A stretch of DNA of 64,000 bases from Bacteroidota bacterium (GTDB lineage: Bacteria; Bacteroidota; Bacteroidia; Chitinophagales; Chitinophagaceae). Positions 39,087-49,879 of the stretch are shown piece by piece. A program made the position numbers and the translations under genes. Every line of letters begins with the position of its first letter. Position 1 is the stretch's first letter. The stretch lies in contig JAEWJK010000013.1 in the NCBI GenBank assembly GCA_023386555.1, positions 108,193-172,192 on the forward strand, given 5' to 3'. The notes under the pieces were generated by a model. The model ran no database searches. It saw only the letters and a list, made by a program, of their open reading frames with translations, and had not been told where the DNA came from.

Positions 39087-39809
39087 TTACGCCTTTCTTA
39101 CCTTACCACTTCCCGAAGATTTTTGTTTAATCTCTGTTGCAGTGCCTTTGTAGTTTACGTTTCCACTTCCTGCTATTGATGCATCTACAGACTTGTTAGC
39201 TGTTACATTTATATTCCCACTTCCTGTAACCCTTGCCACCACTTCATTAGCAGTAACTTCATAAGCTTCTATATTTCCACTTCCACTTATCTGTGCAGAT
39301 ATTTTTGAAGTTTCTTTTCCTTTTAGAATCATATTTCCGCTACCGCTGATCTTTGTTTCTATGGCATCAAACTTTCCAAAATTCAGCTTGATGTTTCCAC
39401 TACCGGAAATACTGATATCAGTAGTGCCATCATTGCTAAAATTGCCATCACCTCTAACATTTCCACTCCCTGCAACTTTTAATGCAGTAAGTTTTGTTAA
39501 AGATACGGTCACCCTCATTTTGTTTTTGGTCTTGAGATTATATCCTTTTTTGGTTCGTAACTTAAGCTCGTTACCTTCTACTACAGTCTCCAGGTATGGA
39601 AGCAGATTCTCATCCGCTTCAATAGTTATGGAACTTGAGTTACCATAACTTATATCTACATCAAATGCTCCTGCACTAGACACAGCTGAATAACCTGAAG
39701 CTGAACGGGTTTCTTTTTTTAAGTTACCGTTGCCTTCAATAGTTTCATAACCACCTGCAAAGGTCTGCAAACCTGATAATAGCAGGAAAGCCAGTAATAA
39801 TTTCTTCAT
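39087..39809 (-). CDS. GIN-domain (DUF2807) protein
   Basis: 240 aa with a signal peptide. Repeated (A/S)GSGN beta-helix-like units. Paralog of the next gene. Confidence 0.75.
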   Translation of the reverse strand: MKKLLLAFLLLSGLQTFAGGYETIEGNGNLKKETRSASGYSAVSSAGAFDVDISYGNSSSITIEADENLLPYLETVVEGNELKLRTKKGYNLKTKNKMRVTVSLTKLTALKVAGSGNVRGDGNFSNDGTTDISISGSGNIKLNFGKFDAIETKISGSGNMILKGKETSKISAQISGSGNIEAYEVTANEVVARVTGSGNINVTANKSVDASIAGSGNVNYKGTATEIKQKSSGSGKVRKA

Positions 39810-39878
39810 GTTGTTTTGATTTTTCCCTAAAACGAAGTTGTTCGTAAAAGGTTACAGGAAAGGAAAGATTTTTTTTGA

Positions 39879-40598
39879 TCAATCCATGGACTTAACCTTT
39901 CCGCTGCCGGTAGAATTGGTTCTTACATTCGCTTTACCTCTGTAATAAATATTCCCACTTCCAAAAACGTCTGCTTTCAGGCTTACATCTGCATGAACTT
40001 TTGCATCACCACTACCTGCAATATCTATATCAGTTGTTTCTGTCATGAGTTCTTCAGCATCATAATTCCCTGATCCTGCAATATTGATCCTGGCATCTTT
40101 TGTTTCACCAGATAAAATAACGTTGCCGCTTCCTGCAATATCAACTATTACTCTTGGGGTATTTACATTCATGTTAACATCACCACTTCCTGCTACATCA
40201 ATTTCAAGCTTATTGGCACCGGTGAATTTTCCTTTTCCCTGTACGTTTCCACTTCCTGCAATATTTATGGTGTTTATCATATCTGCAGATACATACACTT
40301 TAATTGGGTTATCAGATTTCAGGTTTACATGATCCCTGGTTTTCACTACAAGCCATCCATCTTCATTGTCTGTGATAATATATCGTTGAAGATTTTCGTC
40401 TGCTTCCACTCTAACAGAAGTTGAAGTTCCGGGTACCAATTCAACATTAATACCACCCCTTACCTTAATTCTCGTTACTTCATCAACAGTCCTGGTTTGT
40501 GTAGTAACATTTCCATTTCCCTTAATGCGTTTATTCATTTTTACGTTACAGGAAAATGTAGTGATCGCTATTAAACTAATGAGCAGTAAACTTTTCAT
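39879..40598 (-). CDS. GIN-domain (DUF2807) lipoprotein
   Basis: 239 aa. Lipobox-like TTFSC and a repeated AGSG(N/D) motif. Confidence 0.75.
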   Translation of the reverse strand: MKSLLLISLIAITTFSCNVKMNKRIKGNGNVTTQTRTVDEVTRIKVRGGINVELVPGTSTSVRVEADENLQRYIITDNEDGWLVVKTRDHVNLKSDNPIKVYVSADMINTINIAGSGNVQGKGKFTGANKLEIDVAGSGDVNMNVNTPRVIVDIAGSGNVILSGETKDARINIAGSGNYDAEELMTETTDIDIAGSGDAKVHADVSLKADVFGSGNIYYRGKANVRTNSTGSGKVKSMD

Positions 40599-40660
40599 TG
40601 CAGGGGTTTTAAAATACTAATGTACTAAGATTTTTATGTAGTCAGCAGCAGATTTTTATG

Positions 40661-40694
40661 GCATCTTCTGTTGTGTCACTCACTTCTACGTTCC
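40661..40694 (+). repeat. Dispersed intergenic repeat, copy 10 (type A)
   Basis: gcatcttctgttgtgtcactcacttctacgttcc. Confidence 0.8.
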
Positions 40695-40777
40695 TTTTTT
40701 ATGGCAGCATAAATACTTCAAAATATATTCTGCTAACGCCTTTCCGCTAACTGCTAACTGAATCTTACCTTCGCCAC

Positions 40778-42304
40778 ATGTCAGAAAAAATACTCATTCT
40801 CGATTTTGGCAGTCAATACACTCAATTAATTGCAAGAGCGGTAAGGGAAGCAAATGTTTATTGCGAGATCATTCCTTTTAATAAACCTTTTTCTTATGAT
40901 GGACTGAAAGGTATTATCTTAAGTGGTTCACCTTTTAGTGTGAATGATGAAAATGCTCCTATTGTTGATATACAATCTTTCAACAGCAAATTGCCGGTAC
41001 TGGGTATATGTTATGGAGCACAATTGACTGCAAAAAATTTTGGAGGACGAGTAGATAAATCTAATAAGAGAGAATATGGCAGAGCGGTATTAGATCATAA
41101 ACATGATGATCTTTTTACAGGAGTTTCAGATCATTCACAGGTCTGGATGAGTCATAGCGATTCGATTTCGGTGTTACCTGAAGGTTTTGAATTGCTGGCT
41201 ACCACTAACAGCATTCCAATTGCTGCATTCAGAAAGACAGATAGATCAAATCCTTTATACGGTTTGCAATTTCATCCCGAAGTATATCATTCAACAGAAG
41301 GGAAAAAAATACTTCAAAACTTCTTAGTAAAAATCTGTGGATGTAAACAAGACTGGACGCCATCTTCATTTGTACATGAAACAGTTGAACAGTTAAAACA
41401 GCAGATTGGTGATGGTCATGTGATCATGGCTTTAAGTGGTGGAGTTGATAGTACTGTAGCTGCAACACTCATCAGCAAAGCAATTGGTGATCGGTTACAT
41501 GGAATATTTGTAGATAATGGTGTTTTACGAAAAGATGAATTTGAACAAGTACTTGAAACATACAAGCAACTCAATCTTAATGTAAGAGGTGTTGATGCAA
41601 AGCAATTGTTTTATGATGAACTATCCGGAAAAACAGATCCTGAAGCAAAAAGAAAAGTAATCGGTAAACTATTCATTGATGTTTTCCAGGAAGAAGCTTC
41701 TAAGTTACCGGAAGTAAAATTTTTAGGTCAGGGAACGATTTATCCTGATGTAATTGAAAGTGTAAGTGTTCATGGACCTTCAGTTACCATAAAATCACAT
41801 CACAATGTTGGTGGATTGCCTGAAAAAATGCATTTAAAATTAGTAGAGCCTTTACGTTCACTTTTTAAAGATGAAGTAAGAAAAGTAGGACTCGAACTTG
41901 GCATTCCGGCAGATATGATACAACGTCATCCATTTCCTGGTCCGGGTTTAGCCATTCGTATTCTAGGTGAAATAACAGAAGAAAAAGTTAAGTTGTTACA
42001 GGCTGCAGATGATATTTATATCAAAGCTTTGAAAGAATACAATCTCTATTCAGCTGTTTGGCAAGCTGGAACAATACTGTTACCGGTAAAGAGTGTTGGT
42101 GTAATGGGAGACGAAAGAACCTATGAATTTACGGTGGCATTAAGAGCTGTTACCTCAATTGATGGAATGACGGCTGACTGGGCTCATCTTCCATATGATT
42201 TTTTAGCCCATGTTTCTAATGAAATTATCAATTCTGTAAGAGGCATCAATCGTGTTGTGTACGATATTAGCAGTAAACCACCTGCTACCATTGAGTGGGA
42301 ATAA
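40778..42304 (+). CDS. guaA: Glutamine-hydrolysing GMP synthase
   Basis: 508 aa. GATase ([11 protein letters not shown]), the SGGVDS PP-loop, and a C-terminus ending PPATIEWE. Confidence 0.96.
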   Translation: MSEKILILDFGSQYTQLIARAVREANVYCEIIPFNKPFSYDGLKGIILSGSPFSVNDENAPIVDIQSFNSKLPVLGICYGAQLTAKNFGGRVDKSNKREYGRAVLDHKHDDLFTGVSDHSQVWMSHSDSISVLPEGFELLATTNSIPIAAFRKTDRSNPLYGLQFHPEVYHSTEGKKILQNFLVKICGCKQDWTPSSFVHETVEQLKQQIGDGHVIMALSGGVDSTVAATLISKAIGDRLHGIFVDNGVLRKDEFEQVLETYKQLNLNVRGVDAKQLFYDELSGKTDPEAKRKVIGKLFIDVFQEEASKLPEVKFLGQGTIYPDVIESVSVHGPSVTIKSHHNVGGLPEKMHLKLVEPLRSLFKDEVRKVGLELGIPADMIQRHPFPGPGLAIRILGEITEEKVKLLQAADDIYIKALKEYNLYSAVWQAGTILLPVKSVGVMGDERTYEFTVALRAVTSIDGMTADWAHLPYDFLAHVSNEIINSVRGINRVVYDISSKPPATIEWE

Positions 42305-42324
42305 GGTATAAAATTTGCTTACAA

Positions 42325-43530
42325 ATGAGAAACAGTTACATGCACCTCAAAAAAGCTTTTCTTCTTGCAGTTATCATCTCGATTTCAGCTAAAGGGTTTT
42401 CCAATTATAAAAGAGATTCTGCCAATCCTGTAAAAGTAGCTGTGTTGCTTCCACTTTATCTCGATTCAGCTTTTAATGGAGCAAATTATAAATTGGGAAA
42501 TAATAATCTTCCAAAATATATGCTGCCGGGCCTTGATTTTTATAACGGTGTAATGATGGCAATTGATTCATTACAACAGGAAGGCAAGTTTATTGAAGTG
42601 ATGATCCATGATACAAAATCAAAAACAAAATCCCTCAGCTCATTTTTAGGTGAACCAGATATTTCATCTGCATCATTCATTATCGCTTCTTTTACTGCAA
42701 AAGATGAGTTGAAGAAAGTAGCTGATTTTGCAGCGTTGAAAAATATCCCTCTTATATCTGCAACATATCCAAACGATGGCGGTATAACCGATAATCCGAA
42801 TCTTGTTCTTATTAATCCAACTTTAGCCACACACATTGAAGGTGTTTTTAAATATGTGCAGCGAAATCATAGTATGGATAACATTGTTCTCTTCAAGCGA
42901 AAGAGTGATGTAATGGATAAGTACATTATGGAAAATATTATCGAATCTTCGAAAAAGTATTCCCAACTTCCGGTAAGAATTAGTTATGTTGAAGTAAGTG
43001 ATGCGTTTAATTCGCAGGAAATCATTTCAAAATTAGATAGTAATAAAACGAATATTGTTATTGGAGCTACGTTAAACGAAACTTTCGCCGGAAATATTGT
43101 AAGAACATTGAGCAGCATCAAATCATCTTACAAAGCAATAGCTATAGGAATGCCTACCTGGGATAATATGAAAGAATTAAAAAGAAGTGATACAAGAGGA
43201 GTGGAGGTGGTTTATTCAACTCCATATAATTATCTGAGAAGCGATAAATTTCTTTCGAAACTGGCTGCAAATTATAATGCAAAACTAAATGGTAAAGCCA
43301 GCGATATGATGTTTAAAGGCTATGAAGCAATGTATCATTTCACAAAGTTGTACCTAAAGCATGATGATAGGTTTATCAATAATCTTTCTGACAGAGATTT
43401 CAAGATCACGAACGAGTTTGATGTGCAGCCAGTAAGAATAAAAAATGATAATACCCAAATTGATTACCTGGAGAATAAGAAATTATATTATGTGATAAAG
43501 ATGGATGGTGTAATAAAAACTGTAAAATAA
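42325..43530 (+). CDS. Periplasmic-binding-protein type I-like (Leu/Ile/Val-binding-like) secreted protein
   Basis: ORF 42295..43530; ATG at 42325 precedes a signal peptide. The pattern KVAVLLPLYLDS...G...A.D..N and the overall alternating layout suggest a PBP1 fold. Weak call. Confidence 0.45.
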   Translation: MRNSYMHLKKAFLLAVIISISAKGFSNYKRDSANPVKVAVLLPLYLDSAFNGANYKLGNNNLPKYMLPGLDFYNGVMMAIDSLQQEGKFIEVMIHDTKSKTKSLSSFLGEPDISSASFIIASFTAKDELKKVADFAALKNIPLISATYPNDGGITDNPNLVLINPTLATHIEGVFKYVQRNHSMDNIVLFKRKSDVMDKYIMENIIESSKKYSQLPVRISYVEVSDAFNSQEIISKLDSNKTNIVIGATLNETFAGNIVRTLSSIKSSYKAIAIGMPTWDNMKELKRSDTRGVEVVYSTPYNYLRSDKFLSKLAANYNAKLNGKASDMMFKGYEAMYHFTKLYLKHDDRFINNLSDRDFKITNEFDVQPVRIKNDNTQIDYLENKKLYYVIKMDGVIKTVK

Positions 43531-44238
43531 TCAGTTCATTTGTTTTATTCTTTCATCGATAATATTATACAACCACAATGGTTTTTTGTCGAAACGCATA
43601 TTCCTTTTAAATTCTTTAGGATCAAAAATTCTTTCAGGCGTGTATTTATTAGGTAATCTTGCTGCACTCATCTGCATTTGCTGGTTATTTCTTGAGGTTT
43701 CTCTTTGTGCAGGATCTGAACCAGTATAAGAAGGCTCTATCGTAACAGGCTCTCGTACACTGTTACTTGTTAAGCTGGCAGCTTGAAATCGCTTAAATAT
43801 TTCTGTTGTATCAACCAGTATACGCTCAGCGACCAGCTCTCCGGTTTTAGTTCGTAAACTTAACTTAGCCGAAAATTTGTATGGTATTACTATATAGTAG
43901 CCATTAATGTTAGCAACCGAATTTTGAATGAAAGATTCGTTAACCTGTGGACGTTCATCAAATGACATGTATGGATCAAGATAAACAGGTTGTGAAACCT
44001 CCATTGTTACGATATAGTAGGGATTACAATCTTTTGTACAGATACGCATATTGGTTAGCTGTTGCCAGATTTTTGGTAGTGTAGTATCTATCAAAGCCAT
44101 TGTGTTCTTATTATTATTCCAAAACTGGGGCAAGATCAGTTTGTATTTATTAGTATCGGCTGGATTTTTCTGGGTGTAGGATGTAGTGCTGACGGCAACG
44201 GATAAGACGATCATAAATATTTTTTTCATAGACAGCAT
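43531..44238 (-). CDS. Hypothetical secreted protein
   Basis: 235 aa with a signal peptide. No motif recognised. The stop codon abuts the stop of the convergent gene with no gap. Confidence 0.5.
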   Translation of the reverse strand: MLSMKKIFMIVLSVAVSTTSYTQKNPADTNKYKLILPQFWNNNKNTMALIDTTLPKIWQQLTNMRICTKDCNPYYIVTMEVSQPVYLDPYMSFDERPQVNESFIQNSVANINGYYIVIPYKFSAKLSLRTKTGELVAERILVDTTEIFKRFQAASLTSNSVREPVTIEPSYTGSDPAQRETSRNNQQMQMSAARLPNKYTPERIFDPKEFKRNMRFDKKPLWLYNIIDERIKQMN

Positions 44239-44303
44239 TATAGAACAATTTACAAACAGTTATTAGTAAATAATACCTGCAGTTTTATTTTAACTTTATT
44301 ACA

Positions 44304-45323
44304 ATGACGCTCATCGAATTTTCTTCCAAAGGTCTGTATTGTCCGCAAGGAGGCTTTTATCTTGATCCCTGGAAGCCTGTAGATAAAGCACTGATAACTC
44401 ATGCACATTCAGATCATGCAAGGTTTGGTAGCAAAGCTTATCTCTCTCATCATTATACAAAACCATTATTGCAAGCCAGATTAGGTGAAGGCAATTACGA
44501 ATCCATTGAATGGGGTGAACAACTTAACATCAATGGAGTAAAAGTTTCTTTTCATCCTGCAGGGCATATGATCGGGTCATCACAGATCAGGTTAGAATAC
44601 GGTGGAGAGGTTTGGGTATTTAGTGGTGATTACAAAACAGAAAACGATGGCATCAGCGGAGCATTCGAACCTGTAAAGTGTGATACATTCATCACTGAAT
44701 CTACGTTTGGACTTCCCATCTATAATTGGAAACCACAGTCAGAAATATTCAGCCAGATGAAAAACTGGATATTGAAGAATAAAGAGCAAGGCAAATCATC
44801 TATCATTCTTGCTTATAGTCTCGGGAAAGCCCAGAGGATATTACAACCATTAAGTGAAGCAACGGATATTATCTATGCACATGGAGCAGTTTATAACATG
44901 TATATGACATTGATAAATGCAGGATGGAAATTTCCACCAATGGAAAGGATTACTTACGAAACCTCAAAAGAGAAACTAAAGAATGCAGTAATTCTTGCTC
45001 CACCAGGAGCACAGGGAACCACCTGGATGAAACGTTTTCAACCGTATGCTGTTGGTGTTTGCAGTGGTTGGATGCAGGTAAGGGGTAACGTAAGACGAAA
45101 AAATGTTGATGGAGGTTTTATTATCAGCGATCATGCAGATTGGAATGGATTGTTAGAGTCTGTAAAGGCTACAGGGGCCTCAAAAGTTTTTGTTACACAT
45201 GGCTATCAGTCTGCTTTCAGTAGATATCTGAACGAAATAGGAATTGAATCTGCTGAAGTAAAAACAGAATATGGAGAAGAAGATGAAGGTGAAACTCCTG
45301 AAGAACCTGTTTCGGTTGAATAA
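44304..45323 (+). CDS. Ligase-associated DNA damage response exonuclease (MBL/beta-CASP fold)
   Basis: 339 aa. The N-terminus GLYCPQGGFYLDPW.PV..ALITHAHSDHAR, then H.AGH..GS..I, SGDYK and the late ISDHAD motif match my memory of this family. Confidence 0.7.
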   Translation: MTLIEFSSKGLYCPQGGFYLDPWKPVDKALITHAHSDHARFGSKAYLSHHYTKPLLQARLGEGNYESIEWGEQLNINGVKVSFHPAGHMIGSSQIRLEYGGEVWVFSGDYKTENDGISGAFEPVKCDTFITESTFGLPIYNWKPQSEIFSQMKNWILKNKEQGKSSIILAYSLGKAQRILQPLSEATDIIYAHGAVYNMYMTLINAGWKFPPMERITYETSKEKLKNAVILAPPGAQGTTWMKRFQPYAVGVCSGWMQVRGNVRRKNVDGGFIISDHADWNGLLESVKATGASKVFVTHGYQSAFSRYLNEIGIESAEVKTEYGEEDEGETPEEPVSVE

Positions 45324-45367
45324 CTATATGCATAATTATTAATACATTTATCTAACAATAACTGTTT

Positions 45368-45802
45368 ATGGGCTTTGCAAAAGAATTTAAAGAGTTTGCC
45401 GTTCGTGGTAACGTAGTAGATCTTGCAGTAGGAGTAATCATTGGTGCAGCATTTAGTAAGATAGTAGATTCCGTAGTAGGAGATCTTGTAATGCCATTGA
45501 TTGGTGTATTTTTCTCTGCCGATTTCAGTAATCTTTACTTGCCATTGGCTGATGGAATCAAACCTGGGATGACCCTGGAGGAAGCCAAAGCCATTGGACC
45601 TGTATTTGCCTGGGGTAACTTTTTAACTGTGCTGCTGAATTTTATTATTCTTGCTTTTGTAATATTCTGGCTGGTAAAAGGTATTAATGCATTGAGAAGA
45701 AAACATGCTGAAAAGCCACAGCAAACTGGTCCACCTGCACCTACTGCATCAGAAAAATTATTGGCAGAGATACGTGATGCTATAAAAGCTAAAGGTGTTT
45801 AA
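45368..45802 (+). CDS. mscL: Large-conductance mechanosensitive channel
   Basis: 144 aa. [34 protein letters not shown]. Confidence 0.95.
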   Translation: MGFAKEFKEFAVRGNVVDLAVGVIIGAAFSKIVDSVVGDLVMPLIGVFFSADFSNLYLPLADGIKPGMTLEEAKAIGPVFAWGNFLTVLLNFIILAFVIFWLVKGINALRRKHAEKPQQTGPPAPTASEKLLAEIRDAIKAKGV

Positions 45803-45944
45803 TGTATAAGTTATAATGTGAAATAAAGAGCCATATCTTAAGGAATAATTTCTACATCAAGTTTCGATAGTGGTAGTAAGATTATCTATTGTGTGTGTTT
45901 AACTGTTTCATTTGTCAGCCATCTATTCTTCGTAAGTTAGCATC

Positions 45945-46862
45945 ATGTCAACTGTATTAATTACCGGCGGAACTGGGTTGGTAGGTAGTCATCTAACAAG
46001 GATGATTCTTGAAAAAGGGTATCATGTAATCATTCTATCAAGAAGCATAAGAGAAAGTGATCATCCAAATCTTTCTTTTGCTAAGTGGAATGTGCAATCC
46101 GGAGAAATTGACGCAACAGCAATCACAAAGGCTGATCACATTATTCATCTGGCAGGTGCAGGTGTAGCTGAAAAACGGTGGACGTCGGAAAGAAAAAAGG
46201 AGATTGTTGAAAGTCGTACTAAATCTGCAGATATCATTGTAAATGCTTTGAATACAATTCCAAATAATGTTCAAACGGTAGTAAGTGCTTCAGCAATTGG
46301 TTGGTACGGACCAGATACAAAAGATAGCAAGCAAAAAGGGTTTACAGAAGAAACACCAGCTAATACTCATTTTTTAGGAGAGACTTGTAGATTATGGGAA
46401 GCAAGTATTAACCCTGTTACAGCACTGGATAAACGACTGGTAAAATTCAGGATAGGAATTGTATTGGCAGAAGATGGTGGTGCATTAGAAGAATTCGCTA
46501 AACCGCTGAAATTTGGAATGGCAACTATAATGGGTAGTGGTGAACAGGTAATAAGTTGGATACATGTGGAAGACTTATGTCGTATGTTTATTAATGCTAT
46601 AGAGAATAAACATCTTTCAGGTGTATATAATGCAGTAGCACCACAGCCGGTTACCAATAAAGAATTAGTATTATCTCTTGCAAATAAACTGAGAGGGAAA
46701 GCGTTTCTTCCTATTCATGTACCAAGAATTGCTCTGAAACTTGCATTGGGTGAAATGAGTATAGAAGTTTTAAAAAGTGCTACGGTAAGTTCAGAAAAGA
46801 TCAGTAACACAGGCTTTACTTTTCTATATCCAACACTTAGAGCGGCATTGCATTTGAAGTAA
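45945..46862 (+). CDS. TIGR01777-family (YfcH-like) NAD-dependent epimerase-fold protein with DUF1731 C-terminus
   Basis: 305 aa. ITGGTGLVG, I.LAG..V...RW....K.....SR, WIH..D and FTF.YP. Confidence 0.85.
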   Translation: MSTVLITGGTGLVGSHLTRMILEKGYHVIILSRSIRESDHPNLSFAKWNVQSGEIDATAITKADHIIHLAGAGVAEKRWTSERKKEIVESRTKSADIIVNALNTIPNNVQTVVSASAIGWYGPDTKDSKQKGFTEETPANTHFLGETCRLWEASINPVTALDKRLVKFRIGIVLAEDGGALEEFAKPLKFGMATIMGSGEQVISWIHVEDLCRMFINAIENKHLSGVYNAVAPQPVTNKELVLSLANKLRGKAFLPIHVPRIALKLALGEMSIEVLKSATVSSEKISNTGFTFLYPTLRAALHLK

Positions 46863-46882
46863 GGTGAGCACACACCTTTTTT

Positions 46883-48952
46883 ATGATCAAGAGATTTCTA
46901 CCGCTGTTTAGTATACTGTTATCATACTGTACACTTTATTCTGTACAATCTTTTTCCCAATGTCTTTCTTATCCTGTTTCGTTAAATGAAAGAGTGAATA
47001 ATTCAACTTCTTTGTTGCTGGGAAAGGTGATAGCTCAGCATTGTTATAATGATGAGAATGGCAACATCTATACGCTGAATAAGATTGAAGTAGATGCATG
47101 GATAAAAAATCATAATGCAGAAAGTGAAGTTTATGTTATCACCCTTGGTGGAATATTAAATGGGAAAGCACAAATAACTTATCCTGCTGTTCAGCTCGAA
47201 AAGAATCAACGCTATTTTCTAATGCTCGAAAATGATAACCCGTTATTCGATGATAATAACATTCGTAATGCTTTTCCGGGTAAGATACAGGCTATGCCTT
47301 TTGCAGATGCACAAGGTGCATGGTTATTTCAAAACGGTAAATATCACGATTTGTTTGTTGAAGGTGCAGTTTCAGAAACAGTATTGTTGCAAAAGCTATT
47401 TTCTATTGCAAGGTTAGAGGCGAAAAAGCCAGATGGAACGATCTATACACCATCTGAATTATCAGGCAGAACAGATAGGATTGATGCTGTAACATCTTTT
47501 GGGCCTAATCCTACAGATGCAGGAACAGTAGACCCTGCTGATTTCTTAACCATCAATGGATCTGGTTTTGGATCAACACCAGGTACTGTTCAGTTTCCAA
47601 ATGCAGATAATGGAGGATCAACTTTTATTTCTCCTCCTAATACATCAGATTATGTTAGTTGGTCAGACAATACAATCGTAGTTAAGGTGCCAACAGGAAA
47701 TGGAACAAATGCAGGAACCGGTACATTTTTGGTCAATGGCATTTTTTCTTCTATACAACCACTTGTTATTAGGTATTCGCATATTTCGCTTAACCAGGAT
47801 TTTAGTGGTTTTCCCACAACTACACGATTACGTTATTACTTAAGAAATCTTAATGGTTTAGGTGGATATACATTTGTGTACAATACAGGCTTTCTCAGTA
47901 ATGTACCTGCCGTAGCAGCCTTTGAGAGAGCATTGAATACATGGACATGCAATACCGGTATAAACTGGAGAGCAATCGGTAGTACTTTTTCCGCTTATGC
48001 TAATGATGATGAGAATGTAGTGTTGTTCGATGCTTCATTACCAGCAGGAGTATTAGCAAGAGCAACAAGCAGGTTTTCGGGTTTTGCAACAGGAACCTGT
48101 AACCTGGAAAATACAGTTTGGTGGATGGAAGAAATAGATATCCAGGCTAGACCATCAGGTGTAACCTGGCAATTTGGACCTGGACTGGCATCAGGTGCTG
48201 AGTATGATTTTGAAACGGTGATCTTACACGAATTAGGTCATGCACATGGATTAGGACACAGAATTGCTCCCGGCCAATTAATGAATTTCTCCGTAACAAA
48301 TGGATCTAACATCAGAACACCTGCACCACAGGAAGTTCAGGGTGGATTAGACAAGATGGCTTACAGCACACAACCAACCTGTTTCAATCCTACCGGAAGT
48401 GGTACACCAATGATCGCTGCAGGATGTCCGTTTCCTGTTAAGCTGATAAATTTTATAGGTGAATTGACAAGGTATGGTGCTGAATTGAATTGGGTAACAC
48501 AGAACGAGATCAATGCTGATAAGTTTGAGATACAGCGAAGCCAAAACGGAACTGAATATAATACGATTGGTGTTGTACAAGCCAAAGGACATGCATCAAT
48601 GGAAACCGCATATAAATTTATAGATGGAGATGTGAAGACAGGTGTAAACTACTACCGTTTAAAGATGATTGATAAAGATCATAGCTATGAGTTTTCGACT
48701 GTAGTAGTACTGAAAGCAGAAAAACAAGTGGAGGTATTTAGTGTATATCCAAACCCTGTAATTAATGAATTGTTTGTAAAGGCTACAATCAAAACATCAA
48801 TTCAATTGATTGATGGAAATGGAAAGGCTGTTAGAACATTTCAACTATTTGTTGGAAACAATCGTTTTGATGTAGGCAATCTGAGCAATGGAGTTTATTA
48901 CCTGGTTGATAAAAGTTCAGGAACAAAACAAAAGTTGATAATAATGCATTAA
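46883..48952 (+). CDS. T9SS-sorted metzincin-type zinc metalloprotease with IPT/TIG-like domain
   Basis: 689 aa with a signal peptide. HELGHAHGLGH (HExxHxxGxxH) at nt 48227-48259. IPT-like segment (FLTINGSGFGSTPGTVQF...IVVKVP). C-terminal T9SS CTD (VYPNPVINELFV...GVYYLV). Confidence 0.75.
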   Translation: MIKRFLPLFSILLSYCTLYSVQSFSQCLSYPVSLNERVNNSTSLLLGKVIAQHCYNDENGNIYTLNKIEVDAWIKNHNAESEVYVITLGGILNGKAQITYPAVQLEKNQRYFLMLENDNPLFDDNNIRNAFPGKIQAMPFADAQGAWLFQNGKYHDLFVEGAVSETVLLQKLFSIARLEAKKPDGTIYTPSELSGRTDRIDAVTSFGPNPTDAGTVDPADFLTINGSGFGSTPGTVQFPNADNGGSTFISPPNTSDYVSWSDNTIVVKVPTGNGTNAGTGTFLVNGIFSSIQPLVIRYSHISLNQDFSGFPTTTRLRYYLRNLNGLGGYTFVYNTGFLSNVPAVAAFERALNTWTCNTGINWRAIGSTFSAYANDDENVVLFDASLPAGVLARATSRFSGFATGTCNLENTVWWMEEIDIQARPSGVTWQFGPGLASGAEYDFETVILHELGHAHGLGHRIAPGQLMNFSVTNGSNIRTPAPQEVQGGLDKMAYSTQPTCFNPTGSGTPMIAAGCPFPVKLINFIGELTRYGAELNWVTQNEINADKFEIQRSQNGTEYNTIGVVQAKGHASMETAYKFIDGDVKTGVNYYRLKMIDKDHSYEFSTVVVLKAEKQVEVFSVYPNPVINELFVKATIKTSIQLIDGNGKAVRTFQLFVGNNRFDVGNLSNGVYYLVDKSSGTKQKLIIMH

Positions 48953-48981
48953 AAAAGAGCTGTCACCTGACAGCTCTTTTT
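48951..48981. terminator. Bidirectional rho-independent terminator
   Basis: aaaaaa-gagctgtc-acct-gacagctc-ttttt lies between convergent genes. Confidence 0.8.
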
Positions 48982-48985
48982 GATT

Positions 48986-49798
48986 TTATAAGTTATCACT
49001 TTTAAATTTTCTATAACTCACAAAGATGTAGAGAGCAAGGTAAGCAAAACAACTAAGCAGTATATAAGTAAAGTCTGGCTTTACAAGAAAGTGTTCCTGC
49101 ACACTTTCGGCAATTGGTAAAGGAATCAAATTATCGGCAGTCTCAATCGGTAGAAAATAACCTGTATTGTAAACATACTTGTTAAGTACCTGGAACAATA
49201 CATTATCAAAGATCACAACATAGATAAAGTAAACACCTAAAGCAATACCACTTCTCTTGAAGATTGTTCCAAACATTAATGCTAACGAACAATAGCTTAA
49301 ACACTGCAGAAAAGAGAATGAGAAATACTTCAGATACTCTCCGCTAAAAGGTTTGGTTGATGTTAATGAGCCAAATGCAAAACCGGTAATTACCACCGTT
49401 AATGCAGAAATAAAACAAAGTGCAATGATGCTTAGCAACTTTGCTGTAATAAACTGATTCCTGGTTAAACCATCTATCAAATTTTGACGATGTGTTTTAA
49501 ATGTAAACTCGTTAGTGAAAAGAATGATGGTGAGAAAACCTGGAATAATCAATAGAAAACTGCTAACGTAAGCTGTCATAGCCCAGCTCAATGGAAATGC
49601 ATAAGGAGGAGTGCCGATCATCATTCGAATGAATGCATCGGTGGGATTTTTTGCCATTGTTTCCCTGAAGTTTGCCATCAATACTTCATACACAAGATAA
49701 TTGGCACCTACAATGCTGATAAGATAAAGTATAAATAATACCCAGAACGTACGATAGTTCTTTACTTTGAGCCATTCTATTTTAAGAAGATGTAACAT
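48986..49798 (-). CDS. ABC-2 type transporter permease
   Basis: ORF 48986..49858; start moved to the ATG at 49798 (MLHLLKIEWLKVKNYRTFW), the typical ABC-2 N-terminus. 6 TM. The longer form would read through intergenic repeat copy 11. Confidence 0.65.
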   Translation of the reverse strand: MLHLLKIEWLKVKNYRTFWVLFILYLISIVGANYLVYEVLMANFRETMAKNPTDAFIRMMIGTPPYAFPLSWAMTAYVSSFLLIIPGFLTIILFTNEFTFKTHRQNLIDGLTRNQFITAKLLSIIALCFISALTVVITGFAFGSLTSTKPFSGEYLKYFSFSFLQCLSYCSLALMFGTIFKRSGIALGVYFIYVVIFDNVLFQVLNKYVYNTGYFLPIETADNLIPLPIAESVQEHFLVKPDFTYILLSCFAYLALYIFVSYRKFKSDNL

Positions 49799-49828
49799 TT
49801 TTGTTTGTTTAATAGTAGTACAACTGAT

Positions 49829-49856
49829 GAACGTAATGCGACGCAACAAAAGTTTC
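49829..49856 (-). repeat. Dispersed intergenic repeat, copy 11 (type B, degenerate)
   Basis: gaacgtaatgcgacgcaacaaaagtttc; reverse complement is gaaacttttgttgcgtcgcattacgttc. Confidence 0.65.
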
Positions 49857-49879
49857 ATGCTGTTGTTGCAGTTCGTAAC

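Noticed and set aside
49799-49858. N-terminal extensions of ORFs (48986..49858, 34..690, 36312..37214, 37168..37770, 30374..31897, 21630..22466, 58864..59271 and 12403..12807)
   Set aside because: The conserved N-termini or signal peptides begin at internal ATGs. The extensions overlap neighbouring genes or intergenic repeat copies.
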